A DNA stretch of 64,000 nt from Planctomycetota bacterium (GTDB lineage: Bacteria; Planctomycetota; UBA8108; SXIK01). The first letter of the stretch is position 1; each line of letters begins with the position of its first letter. The translations under genes and the position numbers were made by a program. The notes beneath the pieces are model-generated. The model saw nothing but the letters and a program-made list of their open reading frames with translations, had not been told where the DNA came from and searched no databases. Below are positions 38,751 to 49,460 of this stretch, one piece after another. The stretch is taken from NCBI GenBank assembly GCA_965223265.1, contig OZ244999.1:8064001-8128000 (forward strand), written 5' to 3'.

Positions 38751-40832
38751 GTGAGTTTTTTCCCGCTGATCTCAGGACTTCTTGGCGTTCTGACGAGCGC
38801 ACTGGTGCTCTTGAGTCGGAAGCTGGGTCCTCGATCACGAGCTCTCAGTGCATACTTTGTGCCGATTTCTTGTATCGGCTTGGTCGCTGCGGGTGCTGAA
38901 CTTGGCGAGTTTTGGTCCGAAGATGTCGCCAAACGGCTGTGCCTTGCACTCTTAGTGGTGGCGCTCCCCGGTGCTTTGCTTTTCGGTGTCGTTTACCTGC
39001 GCGACGATTTGACCGAAGTCGCGAAGTGGTGGATACCTGTCACCACGCTGGCCTATGCCGTCGCGGTGGCTCTCGCAGCCGTCTGTTTGGTATCCCTTGT
39101 CCGAGATGTGGACGAAAAGCAATTCGTGTTTTTCACCGCGTTTTATCTACTCGTCGTCGCGGTACTCGTCCTCAGTCGGCTCGAAGCCATGCTCCGCAGC
39201 GTGCACGAGCACATTCGATGGCGCATCAAATACTTGGTCGTCGGGATCGGGGCGATGCTCGCGACCATCGTCTATCTGTCTTCGAAGATGCTCGTCGTGA
39301 CTTCGAGCATCGAAGAGGTTCAGATGACGGTTTTTAGGACGATTGCGCTCGTGCACATCGGCACAGTGGTCTTCGTCTTTCAATCCTGGCTGCGTAGCGA
39401 CATTCGCCGGCGCATCAAGGTGTCGCAGACTCTCGCGTACGGCTCCGTGACTTTGTTCGTGGCTGGGGTTTATCTGACCATGATGGGGGTCGTCACACAC
39501 TGGAGCCGAGGACGGCTCCTCTTCGGCGACATCGAAGCGGAGACGCTCGTCTTCGTCGGAACGATCGTTCTCCTTTGCATCGCGCTGTTATCGCGCACGT
39601 TTAGACAGAGGGTTCGGAGCTTTGTGCGTCGCAACATGTTCGCAGGCAGGTATGACTACCGCCTCGCTTGGATCGACGCGGCTACTCGAATTCATGCCAA
39701 CGATGCGCCCGCCAATATGGCTCAAAATCTAGCCGACATCATTCAGAGTGCCACGGGAGTCACGACAGTGACGGTTTGGCTGAAAGACAAAGGCCAAGAG
39801 GATCTCAGCTTGTCGGTCTCCAGAGGCGCTCCGGAAGCGGGCGACGGAGTTTCGACTGCCGACGTGTACGCCGAACTAAGCACGCGAAGCGAACCTCTAG
39901 GACTCTCGGAGGCGAGACGACTCGAGAACACGACTCTGGAAGAGTTCTTGGAGTACTGTCGGTCCGTGCTTCTGGTTCCCCTTGTGTCTGCCGAGACGAT
40001 CATAGGCGTGATCACGATCGGATCCGAGCGAGGGCGCAGGGAATACGGTTGGGAGGCCCAGGAGTTTTTCAAGGTGGTTGCCGGGCACGCTGCTGGCGAG
40101 CTCTACACTTCGGAGCTGCTCGCCGGTCAGGTAGAGGCGAAGGAGGCCGAGGCATTCAAGACGTTCTCTACGTTCCTATTGCATGACCTAAAAAACTTTG
40201 CTTCCACATTGGCGTTGGTCGGAAAAAACGCGAGCAAGTACGGTGATGATCCGGAGTTCTTGCACGACGCATTCCATTCCGTTGTCAACACAGCCGACAA
40301 GATCAAGAACCTTTGCAACAGCTTGCGTTTCTTCTCCAGTGGTCTGGCATCCGACCAAAGTTTGGAGGACCTGAACGAAATCGTTCGCAGCGTCGCGGAG
40401 TCTATCAAGATCGGCGTTGGACCTGAGCTCCGGCTCGATTTGGAGTCGGTGCCGAGGGTGTCGCTCAATGCGGCCGAGATCGAGCGCGTCATCCACAACC
40501 TCGTGCTCAACTCACGAGAGGCGACGCCCGAAGGCGGTTTGATCACGGTTTCTACCCGTCGCGCCGAGGATGCGGTGGAGCTGGAAGTTCGTGACTCGGG
40601 CTGTGGCATTGAACCAGAGTTTTTACGGGTGCAGTTGTTTGTTCCCTTTCAGACGACGAAGAGCGACGGGCTTGGCATTGGGCTGTTTCAGACGAAGAAG
40701 ATCGTCGACGCTCACTCCGGCAGCGTCGAAGTCGACAGTGCGATCGGCGAAGGAACGACTGTTCGCATCCGGCTGCCTTTACCAGGCGACGACGGGGTCT
40801 CGACGGGCTCGTCGAAGAAGCGATCGGGCTGA
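38751..40832 (+). CDS. prsK: PEP-CTERM system histidine kinase
   Basis: Multi-TM N-terminus, RYDYR..W, GAF-like region, H-box FLLHDLKN, NLVLNS, DSGCG, LFVPFQTTKSDGLGIGL. Confidence 0.88.
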   Translation: MSFFPLISGLLGVLTSALVLLSRKLGPRSRALSAYFVPISCIGLVAAGAELGEFWSEDVAKRLCLALLVVALPGALLFGVVYLRDDLTEVAKWWIPVTTLAYAVAVALAAVCLVSLVRDVDEKQFVFFTAFYLLVVAVLVLSRLEAMLRSVHEHIRWRIKYLVVGIGAMLATIVYLSSKMLVVTSSIEEVQMTVFRTIALVHIGTVVFVFQSWLRSDIRRRIKVSQTLAYGSVTLFVAGVYLTMMGVVTHWSRGRLLFGDIEAETLVFVGTIVLLCIALLSRTFRQRVRSFVRRNMFAGRYDYRLAWIDAATRIHANDAPANMAQNLADIIQSATGVTTVTVWLKDKGQEDLSLSVSRGAPEAGDGVSTADVYAELSTRSEPLGLSEARRLENTTLEEFLEYCRSVLLVPLVSAETIIGVITIGSERGRREYGWEAQEFFKVVAGHAAGELYTSELLAGQVEAKEAEAFKTFSTFLLHDLKNFASTLALVGKNASKYGDDPEFLHDAFHSVVNTADKIKNLCNSLRFFSSGLASDQSLEDLNEIVRSVAESIKIGVGPELRLDLESVPRVSLNAAEIERVIHNLVLNSREATPEGGLITVSTRRAEDAVELEVRDSGCGIEPEFLRVQLFVPFQTTKSDGLGIGLFQTKKIVDAHSGSVEVDSAIGEGTTVRIRLPLPGDDGVSTGSSKKRSG

Positions 40833-40962
40833 GAAACCGGCCGTGGACTATGCTCGAGTCAGCGCGGGAACTTGATTTTCGGCGGCGGTGCCGTGAGGAT
40901 GCCAAAGCGTTGGACGGTTGTGGCGGCACCTAGATCGACGGAGAAACGTTTGCCGGAATGTG

Positions 40963-42366
40963 ATGACGCCGACGAAACCGAGGCGCGAAGAAGACACCGA
41001 GAATGCGGTGCTACTCGCCGTCGACGACGACGAACAGATTCTCAAGCAGATTAAGTGGGCCTTTAGCGACGACTACCGCGTGCTGCTAGCTGGGTCCTGC
41101 GACGAAGCTCTTGCGGTGCTCGCTCAGCAGCAGGTTGACATGATCCTGCTCGACCTCGGTCTGCCGCCGCATCCGCGGGAGGCTGTGGAGGGTTTTCGTG
41201 CGCTTGAGGCGATCCTGTCGCGCGACCCCTTGGCGAAAGTGATCGTCGTATCAGGAAACTCAGAGCGTGAAAATGCCCGGCGCGCCATCGAGAAAGGCGC
41301 GTTCGACATGTTTCCAAAACCGATCGATGTCGACGCGCTGAAGATCGTCCTGTCGCGCGTGCTACATCGTCTCCAGCTCGAGCGTGAGAGTTTGGTGCAG
41401 CCGCCGGCTCCTGTGCTCACCGGTGAATCGGAGGCGCCGTCTGCTGCCGGCTTGATCGGTGAGAGCGACGCGATGCGCCAGGTCTACAATACGATTCGGA
41501 AGGTTGCGTCGACGGACGTGCCCGTTTTGATCACTGGCGAAAGCGGCACAGGGAAGGAGCTTGTCGCTCGGGCCGTTCACGAGGCGAGCCCTCGTAAGGG
41601 CGGGCCGCTTGCAGCCGTCAATTGCGCTGCCATTCCGGAGAATCTCATCGAAAGCGAACTGTTCGGGTACGAGAAAGGAGCCTTTACAGGCGCGGACGAG
41701 CGGAAACTAGGGCGGCTAGACGCGGCGAAGGGTGGCAGCCTCTTTCTCGATGAGATCGGTGAGCTGGAGCTCGGCCTCCAAGTTAAACTGCTACGCTTTT
41801 TGCAAGAGAAGTGTTTCGAGCGCGTCGGCGGCAACAACACGATCGAGCTTGACGCACGAGTGATCGCCGCGACCAATCGCGACCTTGGCGACGCAGTGGA
41901 GTCGAAATCATTTCGTGCTGATCTCTACTATCGGCTGGCAGTAGTGAAAGTCGCGCTGCCCGCCCTGAGAGATCGCGGCGCCGATGTGAAGTTGCTCGCC
42001 GAGCATTTTTGTGCGCATTTCTGTCAGGAAACTGGCAGCGACCGCAAGCGCTTCTCCTCCGCGGCGCTCACTGCGATGCAGAGCTATACGTGGCCTGGAA
42101 ATGTGCGCGAACTGCAGAATCGTGTCCAGCGTGCAGTCGTTCTTGCGACGGGTGCGGTGATCGGAGTTGCCGAACTTGAGTTGGCGACGGGGAAGGATGG
42201 ATCCATGCCGCGAAAGGCATCGCTCAAAGCAGCGAAGGAAGAGCTTGAGCGCGAGATGGTTGCCAAGGCCCTTGCAGACAACAACGGCAACATTTCCAAG
42301 ACGGCGCGCCATCTCGGCATCAGCCGTCCGACGCTCTACGATCTGATCGCTCGCTACAAGCTCTAA
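40963..42366 (+). CDS. prsR: PEP-CTERM-box sigma54-dependent response regulator
   Basis: LLDLGLPP receiver, [31 protein letters not shown], Fis-type [14 protein letters not shown]; directly follows prsK. Confidence 0.9.
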   Translation: MTPTKPRREEDTENAVLLAVDDDEQILKQIKWAFSDDYRVLLAGSCDEALAVLAQQQVDMILLDLGLPPHPREAVEGFRALEAILSRDPLAKVIVVSGNSERENARRAIEKGAFDMFPKPIDVDALKIVLSRVLHRLQLERESLVQPPAPVLTGESEAPSAAGLIGESDAMRQVYNTIRKVASTDVPVLITGESGTGKELVARAVHEASPRKGGPLAAVNCAAIPENLIESELFGYEKGAFTGADERKLGRLDAAKGGSLFLDEIGELELGLQVKLLRFLQEKCFERVGGNNTIELDARVIAATNRDLGDAVESKSFRADLYYRLAVVKVALPALRDRGADVKLLAEHFCAHFCQETGSDRKRFSSAALTAMQSYTWPGNVRELQNRVQRAVVLATGAVIGVAELELATGKDGSMPRKASLKAAKEELEREMVAKALADNNGNISKTARHLGISRPTLYDLIARYKL

Positions 42367-42887
42367 CCGGATTCTCCCGAGATTCCTACCGCGGCACCGT
42401 AAGTCGCGTCGTGCTAGCGCGAATGTTTCGCTGGTTCCTCGGCCAACAGCACCGTTCGTGACGTTCGCCGGGGCTGTTGGGGTTTGAGGTTATGTGCAGG
42501 TGCTCTCGGCGTCGGTAGGCCGCACCTCGCAAGCGGAGCCGAGTTCGCTTTGTGTGTCCTTGCGCCGTCGTGTTCGGGGGTTCGAACCCTCAACGCCGGC
42601 AGATGGCTACCCAGTTTCTGCAACCGGACCCGTCACCGTTCGATGTTCCGACATTGCGCCGACAGGGCCGGGCCGGGAAATCAGCATCCGAAAATCTTGC
42701 CTTGGGAGAATCCCGACCGGACGTTTGCCAGAGCCAGGGCCGCGGCGCACGACGTACTGGGCCCATGTGAGCAAAAACGTGGCAGTGTTGTATCGTTCTC
42801 TGGACGACTCTCTCATCGCTCCACGATCGTTCGCATCGACGCCGCAGTCCTGTTGACGCGAACACACATCGGCTCAGCAAACGATCG

Positions 42888-43847
42888 ATGACGACAACAT
42901 CCATAACCTCTCGACCGCAGGCATCGTCGATGGAGGCGCCAACGGCGCGGCCGCCGAATCCGACGACAGCGGCACTCTGGGCCCTGCTCGCTCTTGGGTA
43001 CGTGGTCCTCGCGTGGCCGACACTTCGTCTCTGGGCGGTCGATTGTTGGTCCGATCCCGATCTTTCTCACGTCTTCGTGGTGCCGCTGATCTCCGGGGCG
43101 ATTCTTTGGTCAATGCGCGATCGACTCAGATCTGCTGACGAGCGCGCTGCTTGGCAGGGATCGTTCGTGATGGTCGGCGCGCTCGCTGTTTTCTTCGCAG
43201 GACGGGCTGCTCTCGCCAGCTCTGTGGAACGCGTCGGCGTTTGGTTGCTCGGCATCGGCCTGGTGTGGTTTTGCCTCGGCCGCAGAGTGGTGACAAGCGC
43301 CTTCTTTGCTCTCTTCTTTTTGCTGTTCGCAGTTCCGCCGCCATTCGTCGTCGTCAGCGTCTCGCGCGTTTTCCTTAAACAACTCGCGATTCGCATGTCC
43401 TCAGACGTACTCAGTCTCTGTGGGTTCGAGTCGCGGCCTCTCGGAAGCGTTTTGGTTGTCGAGGGGCATCAATTGGAAGTCGCAGACGCCTGCACTGGCA
43501 TTCGATCGCTTTTCGCCATCGTGACGACTGCAGTGCTCTTCGCGTATCTACTGCGACTTGGTTTGATCAGGGGTGTTTTTCTGGCTGCGATTGCCGTCCC
43601 AGTGACTGTGGTACTCAACGTCGCGAGGATCTTGATCGTCGCGATCGCGCTCGCAGCGTTTGGAGTGGACCTCACCGGCGGTTCTGTCCACGCCGCGCTT
43701 GGCGCCGGTGTTTTCCTGCTGAGTCTGGTGTTTCTCTACGTGAGTTGTCGCGTCCTCGAGTGGCTCATCCCAGACCGCCAGGTGCGGCCTGCAGGCGAGC
43801 CGAGCTCAGTGGCTGACGCGTCGTCATCGTCTCGAGCGTCCCCATGA
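42888..43847 (+). CDS. Exosortase (EpsH/Xrt family)
   Basis: About 8 TMs. SH...VPLIS, LLFAVPPP, catalytic-type LEVADACTGIRSL (Cys), LNVARI (Arg), VHAALG (His). Confidence 0.92.
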   Translation: MTTTSITSRPQASSMEAPTARPPNPTTAALWALLALGYVVLAWPTLRLWAVDCWSDPDLSHVFVVPLISGAILWSMRDRLRSADERAAWQGSFVMVGALAVFFAGRAALASSVERVGVWLLGIGLVWFCLGRRVVTSAFFALFFLLFAVPPPFVVVSVSRVFLKQLAIRMSSDVLSLCGFESRPLGSVLVVEGHQLEVADACTGIRSLFAIVTTAVLFAYLLRLGLIRGVFLAAIAVPVTVVLNVARILIVAIALAAFGVDLTGGSVHAALGAGVFLLSLVFLYVSCRVLEWLIPDRQVRPAGEPSSVADASSSSRASP

Positions 43848-44545
43848 TGGTGCGACTTGTTCTCGCTACAGTTCTCATCTGGGCCGCCGCGCTTGTGCGG
43901 CTCGGGTTGAGTGAGCCGCACGTGGCTGAATCAACGGTCAGTCTGAAGAGGCCGTTTGCGGAGTGGCCTCATGGACTGCTCGGTAACGACTGGAGCGAGC
44001 GAGACGTCATCATGGACGTTGACGTCGTCACCGCGACAGGCGTCTCTGCCTATTTGCAGCGCGAGTATCGCCGCGGCGGCAAGACGTTCGTCTTTTACGC
44101 CGGATTCGTCGGTGGTCGCCGACACGGTGCTATCCACCATCCAGCGATCTGTTTTCCGGGCCAAGGTTACCGTCTGCAGAGCGAGGCGGTCGTGGAGATA
44201 CCGTCGCCGACCCCATCGGCAACTGGCGGCGCTCGCTGGTGGGAGGCGCCGATTCGGGTCAAGGAATTCGCCTGGAGTAGCGCCGCGGCTTCGCAGTCGT
44301 CGAAATATACGCTGTCGACTTTCGTCCTCGCGGATGGTTGCGAGCCAGATGAATGGGCTGTTCGTCGCCAACTAGCGACCGGCAGCGATCACTTCACCAT
44401 CGTGATTCTGAGCGGCCCCGACATCGGCTCGCTCGGCGAGAACCGACGAGTCTATTCGAAGCATCTGCGACGACTCCTACTGACATTGGCGGACCATCTT
44501 CCGCCACAGAGCACGCTTGGCGGCGAACCTGAAGAGGAGGTTTGA
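43844..44545 (+). CDS. epsI: EpsI family protein (exosortase-associated)
   Basis: ATGA overlap with the exosortase gene; YLQREY, IHHPAICFPGQG. Confidence 0.8.
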   Translation: MMVRLVLATVLIWAAALVRLGLSEPHVAESTVSLKRPFAEWPHGLLGNDWSERDVIMDVDVVTATGVSAYLQREYRRGGKTFVFYAGFVGGRRHGAIHHPAICFPGQGYRLQSEAVVEIPSPTPSATGGARWWEAPIRVKEFAWSSAAASQSSKYTLSTFVLADGCEPDEWAVRRQLATGSDHFTIVILSGPDIGSLGENRRVYSKHLRRLLLTLADHLPPQSTLGGEPEEEV

Positions 44546-44552
44546 CGAGGTC

Positions 44553-47500
44553 ATGGTGGCGAGGTTGATCGTCTCGGTCCTGCTGGTAGGCGCGTGCTGC
44601 GGTGCGGTCTGGTATGTCATCCGTGAGGCTCCGGGGCGTGAGATCGTTGAGTTGCGCCAGGTCTCTGAGTCTTTGCTGGAGGACCTTGAGGACCACCTCG
44701 CCGCGGAGGAGGTGAACGCGGAGATCCTGGCGATTTTGCCTGACTCTGTTCGAGACCTTGTCTTTCGCGGCCGCGTCAACGAGCGCAAAGGTACAAACGA
44801 AGGTCTGCAGACGGCCCTGAAGTTGTATGACCGAGTCCTCGACATGGGGCATGAGCGCCACCTCGGCGTCGCCCTGCTCAAGGCTCGCGTCTTACGAAAG
44901 TTGGGTCAGCTACATCTTTCGCAATCGATTCTTCTCAGCATCGTGGATTCTTTTCCGTACCAAGCGTACATGCAGCTTGGCCACGTGGCTCGGCAGGGAC
45001 TCGCGACGGAGCAAGCGATCGAGCGTTACGCCCATGCGCGTTCGATCGCGACGTCTGCTCTCGAGGAAGTCCGCGCGCTGGTTGAAAGCGCCCGCGCGGC
45101 GGCCGCCGCGAGTACGGCGAACACGGGCGCATCGCGAGCCGCGGATGGGGCGCCTTCGGAACCGTCGCCAGCAGGCTCCACAACGTCAGCAGCCGAACAG
45201 TGGCATCAGCGTGCGCGGTCGTTCCTCGACGACGCCGTCGATCGATTGGATCGTCTTCGACCAGCGGATTCGGTGGACGAGGAGAGGATACGTCTTTGGC
45301 TGGGCGCGATCGCGCGGGAGCAGAGCGAGTTGAAGCTGACGGGTGAAACGCCCGCCCGCGACATGGTCGAACGGCTTCAGCTCCGGGATGCGGACCATAA
45401 GGGACTCGTCTCCAATCACCAACCGCGCCTCGCGATCATGAAAGGAGTCCTCCATCTCTACAGTGCGCTTGAGGCTTCCACAGAAACCGTCGACTCGACC
45501 GGGATTCGCGAGCGTTCGCTCGACGCGATGAGCCGTGAATTCTCGACTGCTCTCCGGCTCGACCCGGCTCAAGCGCGGCAGCTCTTGAGCGAGTCTCCGG
45601 CTCCTCGCACAGACGGCGCGCCGCCGCGCCGCGTCGCTGATCCGCACCATGTCGACCCGCATCGTGTCGACCGGCACCGATACCTCCGCGATCTTCGCGT
45701 CATCGCGCTGAAGGTGCTGCGATCTCCGCTCTCTTCGCGATTGATCTTGGACGACTCACCGCTGCAGCTAGCTCGCCGCATCGAAGATGCTGCGGCCAAC
45801 GGAGGTGGCGACACGTCCACGTTTGCGCTCCTGCGGGCCTACGCCGGACTCAAATACAAAGGATCGCAGCACGCGACTGTGAGGTCCACGGCAGTCCAGG
45901 AGCTGCGCAGATTCCTGTTCGATGCCGGGCCGCGCTCTGCTGTCGAGCTCTTGGCTGTTGCTGAGAACCTGCTGACGAACGACGTGCCCTCGCCGCTGCT
46001 TGTGGATTGCCTCGAACAGCTATCCGAGAGCGTCGAGGATCCGCTGCAGTTCCTCGGCCGACGTGTCGACCTGTTACTCCGTGTGCGACAGCAGGTCGGC
46101 GGCCTCGAAGAGTGGGCAGGGAAGCGTCTCGAGACCGTCTTTGACGCCGCGATTGGGTCCGCCGACACCGCAGCGAAGGAACGAGCCGTACTTCGCGCCT
46201 ACCGAAGGGTGTACGGACTTCAGCCGGCGCTGCAGCTTTGTCGTTCCCGCGTTGAGGATGTTCCGGGTGCCGGGCTGCGGCTCCTCTTCGGTGATTGGCT
46301 CGCCCAGCGTGCGTCGCAGTCCGGTGGTGACGCCGAAGAAGCTGCAGCGACGGATCTCGCCGAGGCGCTGGGGCATTACATCGTTCACTTGGTGGATTCT
46401 CCGACCGCTGGCGAGAGGGCTGCCGACCGCGCCGCTCAGCTGCTGGCAACCGCCGACCGCCCTGCCCGCGGTGTCCCTGCTCCAGTCCGGCGATTGTTCC
46501 CGGCGGCAAGCGAGTCGCAGATCGAAGCGTTCTTCGACGCGGCTTGCCACTTCCTCACCGGCAGATTCGAAGAAGCCCTCGCCGCTTCCCAGCCGCTCGA
46601 TCAGATCACGACGTTTCAGCCCTTTCTCTCGTTTCTTCGCGGTTCGTGTCACGTCGGTGTTGCGTCGCGACTCGAGAGCGGCGACGCCGCGCGCAGTGCC
46701 ACCGAGCGTGCGGATCTCGAGTTTGCGCGCGAGCGGGAGCTGCAGTTCGCACGGCGTGAGTTTGACCGCTTCCCACAGTACCTCGCCAACGCTTTGGAGC
46801 TCCTTGAGCTAGATCTTTCTGAAGGCACAGCGAGCTGGAGCACCTTGGCGCTGCGTCTTGATCAGCTCGGTGACGACCCACGAGCTGGGTATCGCATCCA
46901 TTGGCTCCGCGCGCTTCTTATCACCGGGAGATTCCGAGACGCGTATCACGCCCGGGACGTCAAGAACTCGGAAGTCGCCCGTCTCCTGATCGATCAGCGA
47001 GAGGCGCTCCGTCTGACGCTGACGCTGGCTCCCGGTTTCACCGCCGCGTCGCTGCTTCTCGCCGAGTCGTTCGTGATCTGCGAGCAAGAGGAGCGGCGGC
47101 TACGCCGCAGCGAAGGCCGTGGACGGCAACTCTACGCGGCTGACTATGGCCGTGCCATCAGCGCCTTGAGGGCCGTCGCCCATCCGACGCCGAGCGTTCT
47201 CCTGCGGCTCGGTCAGTACCTGGTTGCCAACGGGGATTTCGAGGCGGCGATGCCCGCGCTCGAGTCTGTGGCGCGGTCGCAACCTTCCAGCGAGGTGTTT
47301 GTGCGACTGTTCGATCTCTACCTGAATCGCGATGAGGCAGCGCTGGAGGCGATTCTGTCTGAACGACCGGCGACGGAGAATTTGCAGACGCTCCAGGATC
47401 GGTTCCTCGCGGTCAGCGATCATGCGTACTTGAGGCATACATTTTTGGGTCAGCTGTACGGAAAGCGGGCATCTACCGCGTCGAATGCCGCCACGCGACG

Positions 47501-47975
47501 CGCGTGGGCGGAGCGGCAAGTCGAGAGTTACGAGAACGCGCTGCGTGCCGCTGAGAGTAGTGGCAGGGTGCTGCCAGTGAGTCTTCTGAGCGACCTAGCC
47601 AGTCGTCTCGTCGAGGACGACGACCCGAAGCGTCGGGAGCGTGGCCTGGAAATTGCAAATCGAGCAAGGGACAGAGTGCTCGGGGCCGACCAGGCCGCGC
47701 AGGTCTTCGAGACCTACGGTTGGGCGCTCTACCGAAACGGCAAGTTGCTCGAGGCAAAGCGAGTCTATGACGAGCTCACGAAGACGACCCGACGACCACG
47801 AGCGCTGTACAAGTATGCAAGAGTTCTCTTCGATCTGAAGGAGTACAACGAAGCTTCAAGTGTGCTGACGCTGGCGCTGAACTCGAGTGAGTTCGTGGAG
47901 CGAGAAGAGGCACGTCGGTTGCTTCAGGAAGTTCGACTGCGCAGCGCTGAGAAGACTGGGCAGAAAGCCAATTGA
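44553..47975 (+). CDS. Large TPR-repeat membrane-anchored protein (PrsT-like position)
   Basis: N-terminal TM, all-helical A/L/R-rich sequence, C-terminal TPRs (ETYGWALYRNGKLLEA, LYKYARVLFDLKEYNEA). Confidence 0.72.
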   Translation: MVARLIVSVLLVGACCGAVWYVIREAPGREIVELRQVSESLLEDLEDHLAAEEVNAEILAILPDSVRDLVFRGRVNERKGTNEGLQTALKLYDRVLDMGHERHLGVALLKARVLRKLGQLHLSQSILLSIVDSFPYQAYMQLGHVARQGLATEQAIERYAHARSIATSALEEVRALVESARAAAAASTANTGASRAADGAPSEPSPAGSTTSAAEQWHQRARSFLDDAVDRLDRLRPADSVDEERIRLWLGAIAREQSELKLTGETPARDMVERLQLRDADHKGLVSNHQPRLAIMKGVLHLYSALEASTETVDSTGIRERSLDAMSREFSTALRLDPAQARQLLSESPAPRTDGAPPRRVADPHHVDPHRVDRHRYLRDLRVIALKVLRSPLSSRLILDDSPLQLARRIEDAAANGGGDTSTFALLRAYAGLKYKGSQHATVRSTAVQELRRFLFDAGPRSAVELLAVAENLLTNDVPSPLLVDCLEQLSESVEDPLQFLGRRVDLLLRVRQQVGGLEEWAGKRLETVFDAAIGSADTAAKERAVLRAYRRVYGLQPALQLCRSRVEDVPGAGLRLLFGDWLAQRASQSGGDAEEAAATDLAEALGHYIVHLVDSPTAGERAADRAAQLLATADRPARGVPAPVRRLFPAASESQIEAFFDAACHFLTGRFEEALAASQPLDQITTFQPFLSFLRGSCHVGVASRLESGDAARSATERADLEFARERELQFARREFDRFPQYLANALELLELDLSEGTASWSTLALRLDQLGDDPRAGYRIHWLRALLITGRFRDAYHARDVKNSEVARLLIDQREALRLTLTLAPGFTAASLLLAESFVICEQEERRLRRSEGRGRQLYAADYGRAISALRAVAHPTPSVLLRLGQYLVANGDFEAAMPALESVARSQPSSEVFVRLFDLYLNRDEAALEAILSERPATENLQTLQDRFLAVSDHAYLRHTFLGQLYGKRASTASNAATRRAWAERQVESYENALRAAESSGRVLPVSLLSDLASRLVEDDDPKRRERGLEIANRARDRVLGADQAAQVFETYGWALYRNGKLLEAKRVYDELTKTTRRPRALYKYARVLFDLKEYNEASSVLTLALNSSEFVEREEARRLLQEVRLRSAEKTGQKAN

Positions 47976-47988
47976 GCGTGATAGGAAA

Positions 47989-49452
47989 ATGAACCTCGAG
48001 AATCTCAAAGATAAAGCTCTACGGATCTGCCTGACACCGCCCGAGCTTCTTTACGTTGTGACGCGGCACTGGCTCCTGATCGCGTCGCTCTTTTTTCTCG
48101 GCGGGACGCTGATGTTCGGCAAGGTGCTGACAGATACGACGATGTATCGCGGCAAGACGCGCCTGCTCGTCAACGGCAGCGCCGGTGACGCCGTCGAAAG
48201 CGGTCGACGTAACACTCGAGCAGACGACGACCAGTTCCTCCGATCGCAGCTCGAAGTGATGTCCAGCGATTCCGTCTTCCGCAAGGTGGTGGTGCAACTC
48301 GGCCTCGATCAACTGCCTGCCAAAGAGGACACGTCCACAGGAGTCAAACGATTCGCCAAGCAAGTGCGACGTCTCATGACCTCGTGGAGGTCTTGGTTCA
48401 GCTCGAACGAGATTCGTGACTTTGGCGAAGAGCGAAACACTCAGCTTGCGATCAGGTACTTTCGGGAGCGAGCGTCGCTGACGTCCGATCCCCGCACTGG
48501 GATCGTCGAAATGGTTCTGGTCAACTCCTCGCGCGACGCTTTGAAGTCCGAGCTCGAAACATGGGCGCAAGCCTACCGGGCTCGCATGAGCGAAATGGCG
48601 AAGGACACCTACGACAGTTTCTTTCACTCCCGCACGGAGTATTGGAAGAGCATCGAAGAGGCTGCGCAGGAGAAACTCGCCGCCTTTCAGCGCGACAACC
48701 CTGACGTCTCAGAAATCGCCCTTCGCACACTCACGCAGGAGTCCGTCGACCTGCAAGTGCTTCGTAGCGAGCTTCAAAGGCGACTTGAGACGGGCGACTG
48801 GGACCCGGACGCGGATGCTCGCGATGCGAGCGCGGCGCCAGTCGATCCTGCCTTGTCCGCACTGCGCAGCCGCAAAGTCGATTTGGCGTTGGCACTCGCT
48901 GACGCACGCAGCCGCTACAAGGCCGATAGCTATCGCGTCCAAGCGATCGAGAGGCGACTCGCCGAGGTCGACAAGCAGCTTCAGGATCGCGAGGTCGCCT
49001 CGGATCCGCAGTCCAGCGAAGAGGAGCTGACTGACCTGCAAAAGGAGTTGCTCCTCAGAGAGCAGATTGACCGGCTCGCGCGGCAGCTCAACGAGAAGAT
49101 GGCCAAAGAGGTCGCCCTCAAGGCCCGACTCGAGGAGTTGAAGGACTTGGAGGCTCACTACCGCAAAGCGAAGTCGGTACGCGAGGACTACGCCAACGGC
49201 CTGCTGCAGCTTGAGGATCGGATCGACTCGGACGGCAAGGTCCGAGTCACGGTTGTCGATCCTCCAGTCGTGGCGACGCGGCCGCTCAATCCCGACCCGG
49301 CGCGGCAGATTGCGATTGGCTCGGGTAGTGGCCTTGTCCTTGGCCTACTGCTCGCGTTTGTGTTCGAAATGCTGAACCGCAAAGTTCGCTTCAAGAACGA
49401 CGTAGAAGAGGATCTCGGTGTCAGTGTGATCGGCGTCGTACCCAGGAGATAA
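47989..49452 (+). CDS. Polysaccharide chain-length determinant (Wzz/GumC/Wzc N-domain)
   Basis: TM, YRGKTRLLV, SQLEVMSS, coiled coil, VTVVDPP, second TM, DVEEDLGVSVIGVVP. ATG 47989 after AGGA. Confidence 0.87.
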   Translation: MNLENLKDKALRICLTPPELLYVVTRHWLLIASLFFLGGTLMFGKVLTDTTMYRGKTRLLVNGSAGDAVESGRRNTRADDDQFLRSQLEVMSSDSVFRKVVVQLGLDQLPAKEDTSTGVKRFAKQVRRLMTSWRSWFSSNEIRDFGEERNTQLAIRYFRERASLTSDPRTGIVEMVLVNSSRDALKSELETWAQAYRARMSEMAKDTYDSFFHSRTEYWKSIEEAAQEKLAAFQRDNPDVSEIALRTLTQESVDLQVLRSELQRRLETGDWDPDADARDASAAPVDPALSALRSRKVDLALALADARSRYKADSYRVQAIERRLAEVDKQLQDREVASDPQSSEEELTDLQKELLLREQIDRLARQLNEKMAKEVALKARLEELKDLEAHYRKAKSVREDYANGLLQLEDRIDSDGKVRVTVVDPPVVATRPLNPDPARQIAIGSGSGLVLGLLLAFVFEMLNRKVRFKNDVEEDLGVSVIGVVPRR

Positions 49453-49460
49453 CAAAGACC

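Noticed and set aside
42575-42592. GGGGGTTCGAACCCTC, resembling a tRNA T-arm
   Set aside because: No matching acceptor stem, D-arm or anticodon arm could be built on either strand.
42758-42774. GG-N10-GC (TGGGCCCATGTGAGCA) upstream of the exosortase gene
   Set aside because: Poor -12 element (GAGC versus TTGC); too weak to call in GC-rich DNA.
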